Positions 48,883-59,892 of a stretch of 64,000 nucleotides of DNA are shown here, in pieces. This stretch comes from Desulfatiglandales bacterium (GTDB lineage: Bacteria > Desulfobacterota > DSM-4660 > Desulfatiglandales > Desulfatiglandaceae), in NCBI GenBank assembly GCA_963662465.1, contig OY759599.1:1152001-1216000 (forward strand), given 5' to 3'. The notes beneath the pieces are model-generated. The model did no database searches, was not told the DNA's origin, and saw only the letters and a list, made by a program, of their open reading frames with translations. Made by a program: the position numbers and the translations under genes. Each line of letters opens with the position of its first letter. Within the stretch, counting starts at the first letter, position 1.

Positions 48883-50389
48883 TCATTTATTGACGATAGA
48901 GACTATAGACCCATTTTCTGCACGGAATCCGGGATTCACATGCACTATCGGCGCCTTAAAAGTTACCGTTGCGCCACTTTTGATGCTTACCTCAATCCCG
49001 ATGGTAATTGAGGTAGTATCACTGCATTCACAGGAAGTTCCTGAATTAAAAGTGACATTGGTGAGGATCACTGGGCTGGTGGAACATTCAGAACACGGCG
49101 GCATTGGCGACGTACCCGCTACCCCTTCATAGGCCCCCATATCCACCGTCCCTGTTTGGATGCGGGCCTGCCCGGCAATATCGGTGGTGAGCGTTGCCGG
49201 AACAGTCGCGTTCGACCCTTTATTCATGGAGGGGCTCCCCGCAGTCAAATGGAGACCGTCATCAAGGGTCGCGTATACGCCGTCCGTGCCGGGCGGATTA
49301 GACGCGTTAAAGAAAACAGGGTCGGCATCTATGCACCCTGTCCCGAAATACGGCTCGCTGCTGCCCCCATCTATGTTGGAATAGGTCGCCTGGACAGGGC
49401 CAGCGCCGAAGACGGCTATCGAATTAGGGGTGTTGCCCCAATACACTTCATTATAAAGTGATGCAATGTTTGCAGCGACTTCCGCATAAAAGCTCATTCC
49501 TTCGGCATCGTCGGCGGTGTTGTTGTAGAAAGTGTTGTTGATCAAATTGACATGGGAGTTTGAACTGATGGAAATGCCGCCGGCGGAGCCGTCGGATTCC
49601 CCCACCCCCGCCTGATTGTTGACGAAGAGGTTGTTGGCGATGACGGCGCTGGTGACGCCGCTGCCTGGATTAACCACTGCCCCGCCGTCGAGGCCCGCGT
49701 TCTGGTTGCCGACAAAGACATTGTCGGTCATCAGCAAGGTACCGGTCGGCAGGTTGTCCAGGCAGAGCCCGGCGCCTATTCCAAAGGGATCCAGGTTTCG
49801 GTTGTTTAGGAACTGGTTGTTGGTGAGGGTCACATCTCCACCATCTAAATATACGTGTATTCCTCCACCAAAGATCTGGATCGGCACCCCTGAGGGGAGA
49901 GGGCCGGCGGTGTTTTCCGAAAAAGTGTTTCCCGACAAAGTCACCGTCGCCTCCTGGTGGAGGATATGAAGCGATGCTCCGCAGCTCCTTCATACGATAG
50001 GTTATTGCTAATTGTGTTATCATCCAATGTTATGGACGGCGCGGCCCCCGAAGTTCCCAGATAGTAAATCATTAGCCCACCGCCGTCACAGTTGCCCACA
50101 GGCGATGGGTTGGTGTTTAAGGTATTGTAGCTGATGTTATTGTTGCGGAGAATGGCATTGCCGGTGGCCGCTGCGGTGTCGAAATAAAGATAGAGGCCGC
50201 AACCGTCGTCCGCAGTGCCGTCGTCGCAGGAATTGTGCGTAAAAGAAGAATTGGTCACTGTGATGTCGCCATGGATGGCGCCGAGCCAGGCGCCGCCGGT
50301 GAGTTTACATTAAAGGTTGCAGCTTGAACTCCAGACGAAAGATAGCATACCGATACCACGATCAACATTCCAATCAGCCGTTTTCCCAT
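48883..50389 (-). pseudogene. Second secreted beta-helix protein, frameshifted
   Basis: Start MGKRLIGMLIVVSVCYLSSGVQAATFNV at 50389 (GGAGG RBS); frame breaks near 50300 and ~49960-49990; same C-terminal domain as 46984..48489. Confidence 0.75.
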
Positions 50390-50558
50390 GGTGCCCTCCA
50401 GTTCTGCCGGTGACGAGCCCATCCTTTATCCGGTATTTCGATGTGTTGATTCTTATGTTCCCTTCAGCCAAGCCTACAGAATGCATGCAGGGAAGAAAGC
50501 CGTTCACGGGTTGGGGGTTTCCCGTTGTTGCAGGATTCAGGGTTTGGACCTAAACCAT

Positions 50559-50686
50559 AAAATCCTACCACCACAACATATTGTGGTCAATTCGGTTTCC
50601 GCTTATCCGGTTACGGAAAAGCATTGCGTGCATAAGTCTTAACCCTGACACCGTAAAATCCATGCAAGACTGCCAGATCAATACTT
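50559..50686. repeat. Degenerate intergenic repeat, copy 3 (full)
   Basis: AAAATCCTACCACCACAACATATTGTGGTCAAT...CGTGCAT...TGCAAGACTGCCAGATCAATACTT. Confidence 0.8.
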
Positions 50687-50779
50687 CACGTTTTCCTGTG
50701 AATAGCTCTTGATAGTATGTAACCAAAGCTGTTTGGACGATACCAGATAGGGTAAACTTTCGCCTATACCTGAGAACTC

Positions 50780-51646
50780 CTAAGAGTCGATTTTCTCAAC
50801 AAATTCCGGATAAAGCTTTTCCATGCATTCTGGGCATATGCCATGGCTAAATTCTGCTTCAGAGTGGTCCCGGATATATGTTTCTATCTGGTTCCAGAGT
50901 CCTTGATCATCCCTTATTTTCTTACAGGATGAACAGATGGGAATAATCCCTCTTAGTGTTTTAACCTCCGCCATTGCAGCCGATAAATCAAACTCAACTC
51001 TTTGAAAATTGAGTACAATTAGACCAATTATGATAAATATATTTCCACTGAAGAAAACCATTACAGTTATCCCGTGAAAGGCTGGCGCGTTCATAAAATC
51101 AACTATGGAGCTTTCAATAAATGCTGTTTGAATAATTCGTAATACGACCCAGATAGCTTGGACGTAGAAAACAACCGCTAGAAATCTGTTTTGACCATCG
51201 ATCAATCGTGGAACATACTTGTGGACAATATATCCGGAGTATCCATAAATTATTGCAATAATAGTCGAAACAATAACTATGCGCGCACTTACATCTGGAG
51301 AGTAATACGTGAAATATAAAAATAATATGAGCATTGATATGGTAAGCGATACAAACAACCACCTTCTCCTGGTACTATTTGTAAAAAGCTCTAACCCGTA
51401 TGCGATAAATCCGTTACCTGCAATGATAAGTGTGTTTGCAAGAATAATTGAAATGAAGTCGGGCAGGATGTTTCTAAGGCTCATGAATGCCAGAGCGAAA
51501 CTGTATAGAATGGAGGCGATTGTCCATTGCGAAAACCCGTTGTATGTCTTCCGGGTTTGAGAAACATAGACCATACAAATACAGAGAATCAGGCTGATGA
51601 TACTTGAAATAATTGATAGTGTCCTTACATCAAATAAATAAAGCAT
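50780..51646 (-). CDS. 7-TM membrane sensor with C-terminal Cys-rich domain
   Basis: Seven TM segments, then TLRGIIPICSSCKKIRDD...FSHGICPEC. Confidence 0.8.
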   Translation of the reverse strand: MLYLFDVRTLSIISSIISLILCICMVYVSQTRKTYNGFSQWTIASILYSFALAFMSLRNILPDFISIILANTLIIAGNGFIAYGLELFTNSTRRRWLFVSLTISMLILFLYFTYYSPDVSARIVIVSTIIAIIYGYSGYIVHKYVPRLIDGQNRFLAVVFYVQAIWVVLRIIQTAFIESSIVDFMNAPAFHGITVMVFFSGNIFIIIGLIVLNFQRVEFDLSAAMAEVKTLRGIIPICSSCKKIRDDQGLWNQIETYIRDHSEAEFSHGICPECMEKLYPEFVEKIDS

Positions 51647-51661
51647 ATATTGATTTTCCCA

Positions 51662-51770
51662 ATCGAGTAGCCAAAGGACGTTGCCATCTCCCCCTGGAAC
51701 CGTGAGTTTTTCACATCACACGGTCAAACCTCCAGTAAGGTTTCCCTTGTTGGGATTCCCGCAGATTTAC
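51662..51770 (-). mobile_element. Group II intron 3'-end remnant (degenerate D5/D6)
   Basis: Minus strand TTGACCGTGTGATGTGAAAAACTCACGGTTCCAGGGGGAG...GGCAAC...CTACTCGAT. Confidence 0.65.
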
Positions 51771-51951
51771 ATTTTCTTCGCGTTAACAATTTGAACGTCA
51801 TGGTCTGAACCGGATACCACATATTGTGTGTCGCTTTTCAGCTGTTAAAAATGGGATACATTGAGATAATCCAAAGAATTCAACACCCTCAAAAACTTGT
51901 GAGATTGCTTACATCTCTGTAAGTACCCTCAGATTCCAGATTCTTAATCGG

Positions 51952-52078
51952 AAAATCTTACTACCACAACATATAAGGGTCAATCCATTTTCTGCCTATT
52001 CTGTTACAGGAAAAGAGTACGTGCATTAGCCCTCATACCGCTCTGCCCAAAATCGTGCGACACTGACAGAACAATCTT
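51952..52078. repeat. Degenerate intergenic repeat, copy 4 (full)
   Basis: AAAATCTTACTACCACAACATATAAGGGTCAAT...GAGTACGTGCATTA...ACTGACAGAACAATCTT. Confidence 0.8.
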
Positions 52079-52513
52079 ACACTATTTTTCAGCCAAATCA
52101 AAGAAATGTTGCATATAGGAATCCCTCAACCGAGTTCGAGACCGGAAACGCTTGTTTTCCAATTCCTTCTAAACAGCAACCCGTAACTCTCCAATAACCG
52201 GTCAAGTTTATACAGCCCTCTTGCTAATCAACGATCAGATTAACCTCCTTTCATGATTTAATCCCCTTAAAGGCAGCGTCTTATCCCGGGCTCTGCTAAA
52301 ACCCTCTTCGGATTAGTACAACATGTCGTTCTCAAGGTTCAGTTGATCTCTTTCTTCTGTATTCCCAGATAATTTCGCCATAAAAAAACAGATGCGATGC
52401 GTATTCAGACATGACCGTCGAGATGCGTGAAGATTTCTCATAAGCGTAATTCTTAATGTTTTCCATCATTCGGTTATCCCTCGATAAAATCCCTTCGGCA
52501 AATTATGGATTTC

Positions 52514-52990
52514 CTATTTTTCGCTGAACCAACTATCCGCGATGACTTTTGACATTAGAAGGGAAACCAGGCCATCTGGGTCATCGGTTCCAATGAGTGT
52601 ACTTTTCGCGCCCGTCTCGATACGTACGCAATCAAATCCGCCTATATTCCAGAGCCACCCCTTTCGAGTCAGCTGGATTCCTCACCCGGAAAGGAAATGG
52701 GAGTGGTCTTTCTCCACGGCGGTGATTTCCGAATAAGGAATGGATTTTCTGAAAAGAGGAACTGGTCCAAAGTGTACAGAGAGACAATCGCCTTCATCCC
52801 GGACGGCCAGGTGACCGAATACGAGGGACAAAACAATACAGGCAATTGCCGCGGCGATAAATATGATCATGTATGGTGGCGTGTGTTTCGTGAAAAATGC
52901 AATGCCAAGGCAAATCACCACCAAAGTCACAAGAATTGGCGGGAGAACGCCTTTCTGAATGTGATCGTACTCAGACATCGTGTGTTTCAT
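52514..52990 (-). pseudogene. 2-TM + PH-like membrane protein with internal TGA
   Basis: ...HFLSG*GIQLTRKGWLWNIGGFDCVRI...GTDDP stays in frame past TGA at 52682-52684. Confidence 0.65.
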
Positions 52991-53333
52991 AACGGGGTGT
53001 CCTTTCCGATCTCCTGCGACCAAGACCGGTGATAGCCAAAGCAAGAATCGCCGCAACACCGGGACTCCCTCCGTAAATAATTAACCGGTTTAAAGAGAAC
53101 ATGATCATACACCCCAAGATATTCACTCTGATCAGTTGCTTAAACCTATGCTCAAAAAAGAGCGTTGACAGCTATCGCCACGCTCAAGTAACATGATGAA
53201 AAATAATAAATACTGCCATCCTTATTGATTCTAATTGTTAACACAAATTACCTGCAAAGACAAAAATATAGCCATAGTGGCTCCGGAATTTTATAAAATT
53301 CAAATAAAAAAATTGTCTCAACAGGGCGCTGTA

Positions 53334-54137
53334 ATGACAAAAAATGGGGTTAAAACGGTTTTCGTTGTTGCGGCTTTGAGTATCCTCATATTAGCCATAG
53401 ATAGCTTTAGCGGGCAAGAGTATCATGAGTTTGCGCTTGGAACGCATGCAATAGACGGAAATAAAATAGCGTTTACATTCCCCATGCCCCCGCCCGGTAA
53501 AACTTTTTACCTTTTCAGTAATCAATGGAAATTAAATTACCCCTGTAAAAGGGCAAGACTGGAGGTCAACCTGTACAATAAAACCAAGGATCTGATCGGC
53601 GCCGGAGAAAGTATGTGGACAAACATGCAAAACGATTCAACGCCTTTCGGCCATATGACCTTCGGCTCTGCGGTCATCAAAGGCGTTTCACCGGACAACA
53701 TTAATGATATCGCCTACTTTTCAGTTTATTTGCAGGAACCCCCTGGAAAAAACCTGACCGTTTTGAACGACAGCCGGCCTGAAGTAAGATTTGCCGGAAA
53801 AGTCATAGCCGCGGTTATGCAGGGTAAAGAGGCTTACCTCATCCTTTTCGCGGGTCAGCCTCTGTCGCTTGGACAAAAAAAAGCGGCGGAAGCAGAACAT
53901 GAAATGATGAGAAACGCTCTAAGAGAAAACCCCGATATTGCCACTGTCCTCCCTATGAAACCGAGCGATGCCGTTGGCATTCGGTATTCTTGTCCGGCGC
54001 CATTTGATATGACATTTGGACCACGATATGAACACAACGAAACCGCACCGGACGGCGGAATAACATCCCTTTCAATAACCCTGTCGTTGCCGATCGGCAA
54101 AGTCAACGGGAAGTGGCGGCTGCTCCTCCCGGAATAA
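53334..54137 (+). CDS. Hypothetical secreted protein
   Basis: Signal-peptide-like N-terminus; no family recognised. Confidence 0.6.
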   Translation: MTKNGVKTVFVVAALSILILAIDSFSGQEYHEFALGTHAIDGNKIAFTFPMPPPGKTFYLFSNQWKLNYPCKRARLEVNLYNKTKDLIGAGESMWTNMQNDSTPFGHMTFGSAVIKGVSPDNINDIAYFSVYLQEPPGKNLTVLNDSRPEVRFAGKVIAAVMQGKEAYLILFAGQPLSLGQKKAAEAEHEMMRNALRENPDIATVLPMKPSDAVGIRYSCPAPFDMTFGPRYEHNETAPDGGITSLSITLSLPIGKVNGKWRLLLPE

Positions 54138-54451
54138 TCAACGGCTTTCACAATGGAAACGATGACACATGGCAAAGTCCCATGAAAAGGAGGTGCATAT
54201 CCGTTCCTGCGACTTTCATTGCTTCATCAGCAGATGCCGCCGGTTCAGCGATATTTTTGAGATAATGCGCCTGGCGGAAAGCGTGTCGGGCCTCAGGGAA
54301 AATTTCCTGAAACGCCGGCAGCAAACCGCGCCGTTTATTGCTGAAAACAAAGAATCGTATCTGTTCTTGACTCTTATGGATGTGTTTATTATTTATTTAA
54401 AATCATCATGATTCGCTGGTAGTCGTTTCATGAAAATCAATATCATAGCGC

Positions 54452-57001
54452 ATGACTGGAAAAAAACCGATGACGTCCACACCGATAATAAACCATGAAT
54501 TGGCGTTGGCCGGGGACTTTGTTCGATACACGGGCAGCCATATTTTTTTAACGGGAAAAGCCGGTACCGGTAAAACCACCTTTCTGCATAACCTGAAAGG
54601 CAATACGGCAAAACGAATGATTGTCACGGCCCCAACCGGGGTTGCGGCCATTAACGCCGGCGGGGTCACCCTCCATTCATTTTTTCAGTTGCCGTTCGGA
54701 CCTTTCCTTCCGGGCAGCGAGGCCAATGAACAGTACCGGCAGCGCGTATTCCGATTCAGCAAGGAAAAGAAACGGATTATCAAAAGCCTGGATTTGCTGG
54801 TGATTGACGAGATCAGTATGGTGCGGGCCGATCTGCTCGATGCCGTGGATGCGGTCCTGCGGCAACACCGCCGCAATGATCAACCGTTCGGCGGCGTGCA
54901 GCTGCTCATGATCGGGGATTTGCACCAACTCTCTCCCGTGGCAAAGCAGGAGGAGTGGCAGCTTCTGCAGCCCCATTATCCATCGGTGTATTTTTTCAGC
55001 AGTCATGCCCTTGGGCGGACGGAACTGTTGACCATTGAATTAAAGCATATTTACCGTCAGTCGGATGTCCGATTTATCGAGTTGCTGAACCGGGTCCGGG
55101 ACAATCGGCTGGACGGCGCCGCCATTGGGGAACTGAACAAGCGGTATATTGAAAATTATACCCCCGAGGAAGACCGGGGTTATATCACCCTGACCACCCA
55201 TAACCGCAATGCCGACGCCATCAACAATCGCAGGCTTATGGCATTGGCGGGAAAAGAATATCGTTTTAAAGCAGAGATTTCCGGAGAGTTTCCCGAACAT
55301 ACTTATCCGACCCCGGGGGTTCTGGTATTGAAGGAGGGGGCCCAAGTGATGTTCCTTCGTAATGATGCTTCCCCTGAAAAACGCTATTTCAACGGTAAAA
55401 TCGGCAAAATCAAGAGCATTTCCCAACAGAAAATTCGCATCCTGTGTCCTGATGAGTCCGAGACAATCGTGGTTGAACCCGTGGAATGGGAAAACATCAA
55501 ATATACGGTAAACGAAGAAAGTAAGGAAATCCAAGAGGATGTCATCGGTAAATTTAAACAATTTCCCCTGAAACCGGCATGGGCCATTACCATCCATAAA
55601 AGCCAGGGACTGACCTTCGAGAAGGCCGTCATCGATGCCAAATCCGCTTTTGCCCATGGCCAGGTTTATGTGGCGCTAAGTCGCTGTAAAACCTTTGAGG
55701 GGATGGTCCTCAGCTCTCCCGTCCCATCCCGGGGTATTGGAACGGATGAGGTGGTCCTGAGCTTCGATGATACGGTCAGCCGGAACCCGCCATCCGAAAA
55801 TGGGCTTCAGGCAGCCAAAATCGGCTACCAGCAGCAATTGCTGCTGGAGTGTTTCGATTTAGAATCCCTGCGCAACCGGCTCAATTATCTTCTCCGCCTT
55901 TTATTGGGGAATGCCGGCCTGGTCCAGGTATCCGGCGTGTCGGACATGGGCCGTTTGCGGGAAATGGCCAATGAGCATATTTTCACGGTCAGTGAAAAAT
56001 TTAAAAATCAATTGCGAGCCATTTTTACAGAGGAAGCCCTGCCCGAATCCGATGCCCATATCCTGGAACGAATCGGCAAGGCATCCACATGGTTTCAGGA
56101 TAAATTTTCTCTGATTTTTAATGATTTTGCGCAGCGCTTCCAGGTGGAAACGGACAATCGTGAACTCGGCAAACAGATCAATAATGCGGTGAATAACCTC
56201 AAACAGGAGATTGTTGTGAAGCTTGCGGGCATCAAATCCTGTGAGAAGGGCTTTACGCCTTCGGATTATCTACGGTCCGTATCAATCGCCGAAATCGACT
56301 TTTTCCCTGAAAAAGGAAAAACCCCGCAACCCCAATTCTACGGCGAATCAGACATCGAACACCCGGAATTGTTCCAGCAGCTCAAGGAGTGGCGGTCCCA
56401 CAAGGCCAGGGAACAGGGCCTGCCCCATTTTCAGATTCTCCATCAACGGATATTGATTCAGATCGCCGTCAATTTACCCGGCAATGGGACGGATTTGAAA
56501 AATATCAAAGGGGTGGGTAAGAAGACCTTTCAAAAATATGGTAAAGAACTTTTGGATCTGGTGGCGAGTTATCGCAAAAAACACGGGATCAACACGGTGA
56601 CATTGCCGAAGTTAAAAGATGTGATGGAAAAAGAAAAATCCTCTGAAAAAGCGACGTTGGCCTCGGACACCCAACAGATCAGTTTTGATATGTTCCATAA
56701 GGGATTGACCGTTGCTCGTATCGCGGAAGAAAGGGGCCTGGTGAAATCCACCATCCAGGGGCACCTCTGCTTTTTTATCGAAACGGGCAGCCTGGATATC
56801 GACAGGGTTCTCTCACCTGAAAAACAAGCCGCCATTGAAGCCGCTCTGGGGCACGTTCCCAATGATTCCATGAAAGCCGTCAAAAATGAATTGGGCGATA
56901 ATTTTTCCTATGGCGACATCAAGCTGGTGGTGGCCCATCAGAGGCATCTGTCGGCAAAATTAAACAATGATTCAATTGAAGGAGCGAAACAACATGCCTG
57001 A
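54452..57001 (+). CDS. PIF1/RecD-like helicase with HRDC and C-terminal HTH
   Basis: GKAGTGKT, DEISM, TIHKSQG, YVALSR; LFQQLKEWR...GVGKK HRDC. Confidence 0.9.
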   Translation: MTGKKPMTSTPIINHELALAGDFVRYTGSHIFLTGKAGTGKTTFLHNLKGNTAKRMIVTAPTGVAAINAGGVTLHSFFQLPFGPFLPGSEANEQYRQRVFRFSKEKKRIIKSLDLLVIDEISMVRADLLDAVDAVLRQHRRNDQPFGGVQLLMIGDLHQLSPVAKQEEWQLLQPHYPSVYFFSSHALGRTELLTIELKHIYRQSDVRFIELLNRVRDNRLDGAAIGELNKRYIENYTPEEDRGYITLTTHNRNADAINNRRLMALAGKEYRFKAEISGEFPEHTYPTPGVLVLKEGAQVMFLRNDASPEKRYFNGKIGKIKSISQQKIRILCPDESETIVVEPVEWENIKYTVNEESKEIQEDVIGKFKQFPLKPAWAITIHKSQGLTFEKAVIDAKSAFAHGQVYVALSRCKTFEGMVLSSPVPSRGIGTDEVVLSFDDTVSRNPPSENGLQAAKIGYQQQLLLECFDLESLRNRLNYLLRLLLGNAGLVQVSGVSDMGRLREMANEHIFTVSEKFKNQLRAIFTEEALPESDAHILERIGKASTWFQDKFSLIFNDFAQRFQVETDNRELGKQINNAVNNLKQEIVVKLAGIKSCEKGFTPSDYLRSVSIAEIDFFPEKGKTPQPQFYGESDIEHPELFQQLKEWRSHKAREQGLPHFQILHQRILIQIAVNLPGNGTDLKNIKGVGKKTFQKYGKELLDLVASYRKKHGINTVTLPKLKDVMEKEKSSEKATLASDTQQISFDMFHKGLTVARIAEERGLVKSTIQGHLCFFIETGSLDIDRVLSPEKQAAIEAALGHVPNDSMKAVKNELGDNFSYGDIKLVVAHQRHLSAKLNNDSIEGAKQHA

Positions 57002-57710
57002 AACACGCATCAACAAAGAGGTTTTTGACAAATTTCCCGGCTTCAGACGGGGCATCGTGTTTGCCCGAAAGATGGACAATCAGGGTTCCTCCGAGGAACT
57101 GGAGACGCTTTTAAAGGAGGCTCTGGCGGGCGCGGCGGCCGCTCCCATCGATCTGAAAACGGATCCGAGGACGGCGGTCTGGAACGAAACCTACCGGGAA
57201 CTGGGATGTAATCCCAACAAGTTTCCCCCCGCACACCTGGCCCTCTTGAAGCGGGTTCAAAAACCCGGCGTCTCCATTCCATTCATTAACAAGGCCGTGG
57301 CCATTATGAACGACAATTCCATTCGGGGGGTCCTGCCCGTAGGCGGAGATGACTTACTTCGGGCGGGGCAAACGCTCGAACTTCGATACGCGGAAGGAAG
57401 TGAACTGTTTACGCCCCTCAACAACCCCGACAAAACGGAATCCCCCGATCCTGGGGAGATTATTTATATGGTCGCGGAAACCCGTGAGGTCATGTGCCGA
57501 CGGTGGAATTGGCGAAACGGTTTTCAAACCCGAATTACCGAGGAAACAAACGCCATGGTCATGAACATTGATGGACTGGGTGAGGACGCGCTAAAACGGA
57601 CCGTTTCCGTACGCGATCGAGTGGCCCGAATGCTTGAACGGTACTGCGGCGCCGAGGTTGAGACCGCGCTATTAACCCCGTCCGAACCTTCCTTTTCGTT
57701 TGGTCTATAG
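56994..57710 (+). CDS. B3/B4 (PheT-related) tRNA-editing domain protein
   Basis: PFINKAV, LPVGGDD, CRRWNWR. Confidence 0.85.
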   Translation: MPETRINKEVFDKFPGFRRGIVFARKMDNQGSSEELETLLKEALAGAAAAPIDLKTDPRTAVWNETYRELGCNPNKFPPAHLALLKRVQKPGVSIPFINKAVAIMNDNSIRGVLPVGGDDLLRAGQTLELRYAEGSELFTPLNNPDKTESPDPGEIIYMVAETREVMCRRWNWRNGFQTRITEETNAMVMNIDGLGEDALKRTVSVRDRVARMLERYCGAEVETALLTPSEPSFSFGL

Positions 57711-57760
57711 GCCTTCTTCTGGAATCATGGCGTTTTTAATTTTGAGGCATCTCTATCCCC

Positions 57761-58767
57761 ATGGGAAATCTTTCTTCAGTGCTGCGTTTTTTAGGCTCCG
57801 GCAATCCCTATATCTTTATTCTCTTACTTGCTTTCGCGGTGATGCTGGCCTGGATCGCTCCCGAAGCGGGGGCCGGCGGCGGGTGGCTTTATCCAAAGGT
57901 TACCACCAAGGCAGCTATTTTTATCATATTCATTCTTCAAGGTCTTTCCCTGCCCACCCATGAAATTAAAAATGGTCTTCAACAATACAGAATTCACATT
58001 TCCATTCAGTCCTTTATCTTCATTTTCATACCGGCCCTGGTATGGTTCTGGATGCTTTTCGTCGGGAAATTCTTTACCGTTGATTTACGAATGGCGTTTC
58101 TTTTTTTAGCCGTTGTTCCCACCACCATCTCTTCCTCGGTGGTGTTTACCGCCCAGGCAGGGGGGGCTGCAACCATTGCGCTTTTCAATGCTTCGACCGC
58201 CAACGTCCTGGGGGTGTTTCTGGTGCCCCTTTGGGTCTCCTGGCAAATGGGGCAAAGCGTGGCGCTTCCGCCCGTGGGCGACCTTATTCTGAAAATCGTC
58301 TGGATTGTGCTGATACCCCTCATCATCGGCCAGGCGGCCAGGCGGTGGGTGGTGGAATGGTCGGATCGGCATCGGAAAAAGATGTCCAATATTAGCATGG
58401 GATTGATCCTCTTTATCGTCTATGCCGCCTTCTGTAATTCGGTCAAAAGCCATACCTGGAAAAACCTCGGCGCGGATGAGCTTACCCTTACCTTTGCAGC
58501 GGTTTTGATGCTGCTCCTCATGGTCATGGCATGTGGGGCATTTTGTTTGCGGATCGGGGGCTTCAAGCGGGAGGACGGCATTGCTTCTTCTTTTCCGCAA
58601 CGCAAAAGGCCCTTTCCACGGGAATCCCCATGGCCCATGCCATATTCGGCTCGACCGGGCTGGATCTTGCGCTTATCGTGGTCCCACTGATGTTCTATCA
58701 TCCGTTGCAGCTATTGATTGGCAGTTTTATTGTTGGAAAGTTCGCGAGGGCTGGGAAAAGACTGTGA
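57761..58767 (+). pseudogene. Bile acid:sodium symporter family protein, frameshift near 58585
   Basis: PTTISSSVVFT; C-terminus SATQKALSTGIPMA...YHPLQL is in another frame (could be a sequencing error). Confidence 0.75.
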
Positions 58768-59438
58768 TCCCCTGGGAAAAGATCGACCGGGCGGAGGTCC
58801 CGGGACATGTTGGAGACGTCATTCTGCTGAAACGAGGCACGGAGTTCTCCATCCGAACGGCGGGCGTAGAGCTGATGAACAGCCGCCGTCACGGTTCCGA
58901 GGATGCCCTGGCTGAGTTCACCTGCCGCCGACTGAAACGAAAATCCGGTCTGAGGATACTCATCGGCGGCCTCGGAATGGGATACACATTGGCGGCGGCA
59001 CTTGAACAATCGGCGCCGGATACCGCCATTACCGTATCCGAACTGATCCCGGCCGTGGTTAGATGGAACCGGAAATACCTGGGGTATCTTGCCGGAATGC
59101 CACTGGATGACCCCCGGGTATTTGTTGCGGAAGAGGATGTGGGGGAAATCATCCGGAAAGAAAAATCCGCCTGGGACGCCATCATTCTGGATGTGGATAA
59201 TGGTCCTGAGGGGCTTACCCGAAAAGCCAATGACCGCCTCTACGGCGCCTCGGGGCTTGAAATGTCCTTTTCCGCCCTCCGCTCCGGAGGGATTCTGGCC
59301 GTTTGGTCCTGTGGTGCAAACGAGGCATTCAACCGTCGCCTGAAGCAGTGTGGATTTCGGACGGAAACCGTAATTGTCCGCGCCCGCAAACCCGGAAAAG
59401 GCGCCCGGCACACCATCTGGCTTGCCGAAAAACCCTGA
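58764..59438 (+). CDS. Spermidine synthase-like SAM-dependent methyltransferase
   Basis: ELMNSR, IGGLGMGYT, LDVDNGP; GTG start overlaps upstream stop. Confidence 0.85.
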   Translation: MIPWEKIDRAEVPGHVGDVILLKRGTEFSIRTAGVELMNSRRHGSEDALAEFTCRRLKRKSGLRILIGGLGMGYTLAAALEQSAPDTAITVSELIPAVVRWNRKYLGYLAGMPLDDPRVFVAEEDVGEIIRKEKSAWDAIILDVDNGPEGLTRKANDRLYGASGLEMSFSALRSGGILAVWSCGANEAFNRRLKQCGFRTETVIVRARKPGKGARHTIWLAEKP

Positions 59439-59500
59439 TCGCATTATCTCCTAACGTTAACGATCATCTTGCCTCAAGAGGCTGGAGGAAAAACATAAAA

Positions 59501-59710
59501 ATGAAAGAAGAGCGTCTGGTAAAAATTGAAACTAAAATCGCGTTTCAGGAAAAAACCATCAAAGACCTGAATGATGTGCTTTACGAACAGCAGCGGGAGA
59601 TCGAAAGGCTTGGCGCTATCTGTGGCGACCTGGTCAAACGGGTTAAAGAGCTCTCGGATTTCATTCAGGGAAGCGATGCGCCTGCAAATGAAAAGCCGCC
59701 TCATTATTAA
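59501..59710 (+). CDS. slyX: SlyX family protein
   Basis: ETKIAFQE, C-terminal EKPPHY. Confidence 0.92.
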   Translation: MKEERLVKIETKIAFQEKTIKDLNDVLYEQQREIERLGAICGDLVKRVKELSDFIQGSDAPANEKPPHY

Positions 59711-59892
59711 CAATGCGGATTCCGTAATGTATTTTTTGAAAGAGGCGTGGTTAAGCGGAAAAATGGGAATTTGTTTGTATGTGTTATTTATACCCTTACT
59801 TTTAACAATTCTTTAGTTGAAAATGCCTTGACTTTTGACTTTTCGACGCATACGCTTAACCGGCGTTAAAGGATTTTAAAGAGGGTAGGGGA

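Noticed and set aside
50663..50677. Sigma54 promoter in the array repeat (TGGCAGTCTTGCA, minus strand)
   Set aside because: GG-to-GC spacing is shorter than the required GG-N10-GC.
46750..52080. Integron attC sites
   Set aside because: No RYYYAAC...GTTRRRY ends with a palindromic body, and no IntI in the window.
52682..52684. In-frame TGA as selenocysteine
   Set aside because: Context SG*GI fits a GWGI Trp position (TGG to TGA); not a redox motif.
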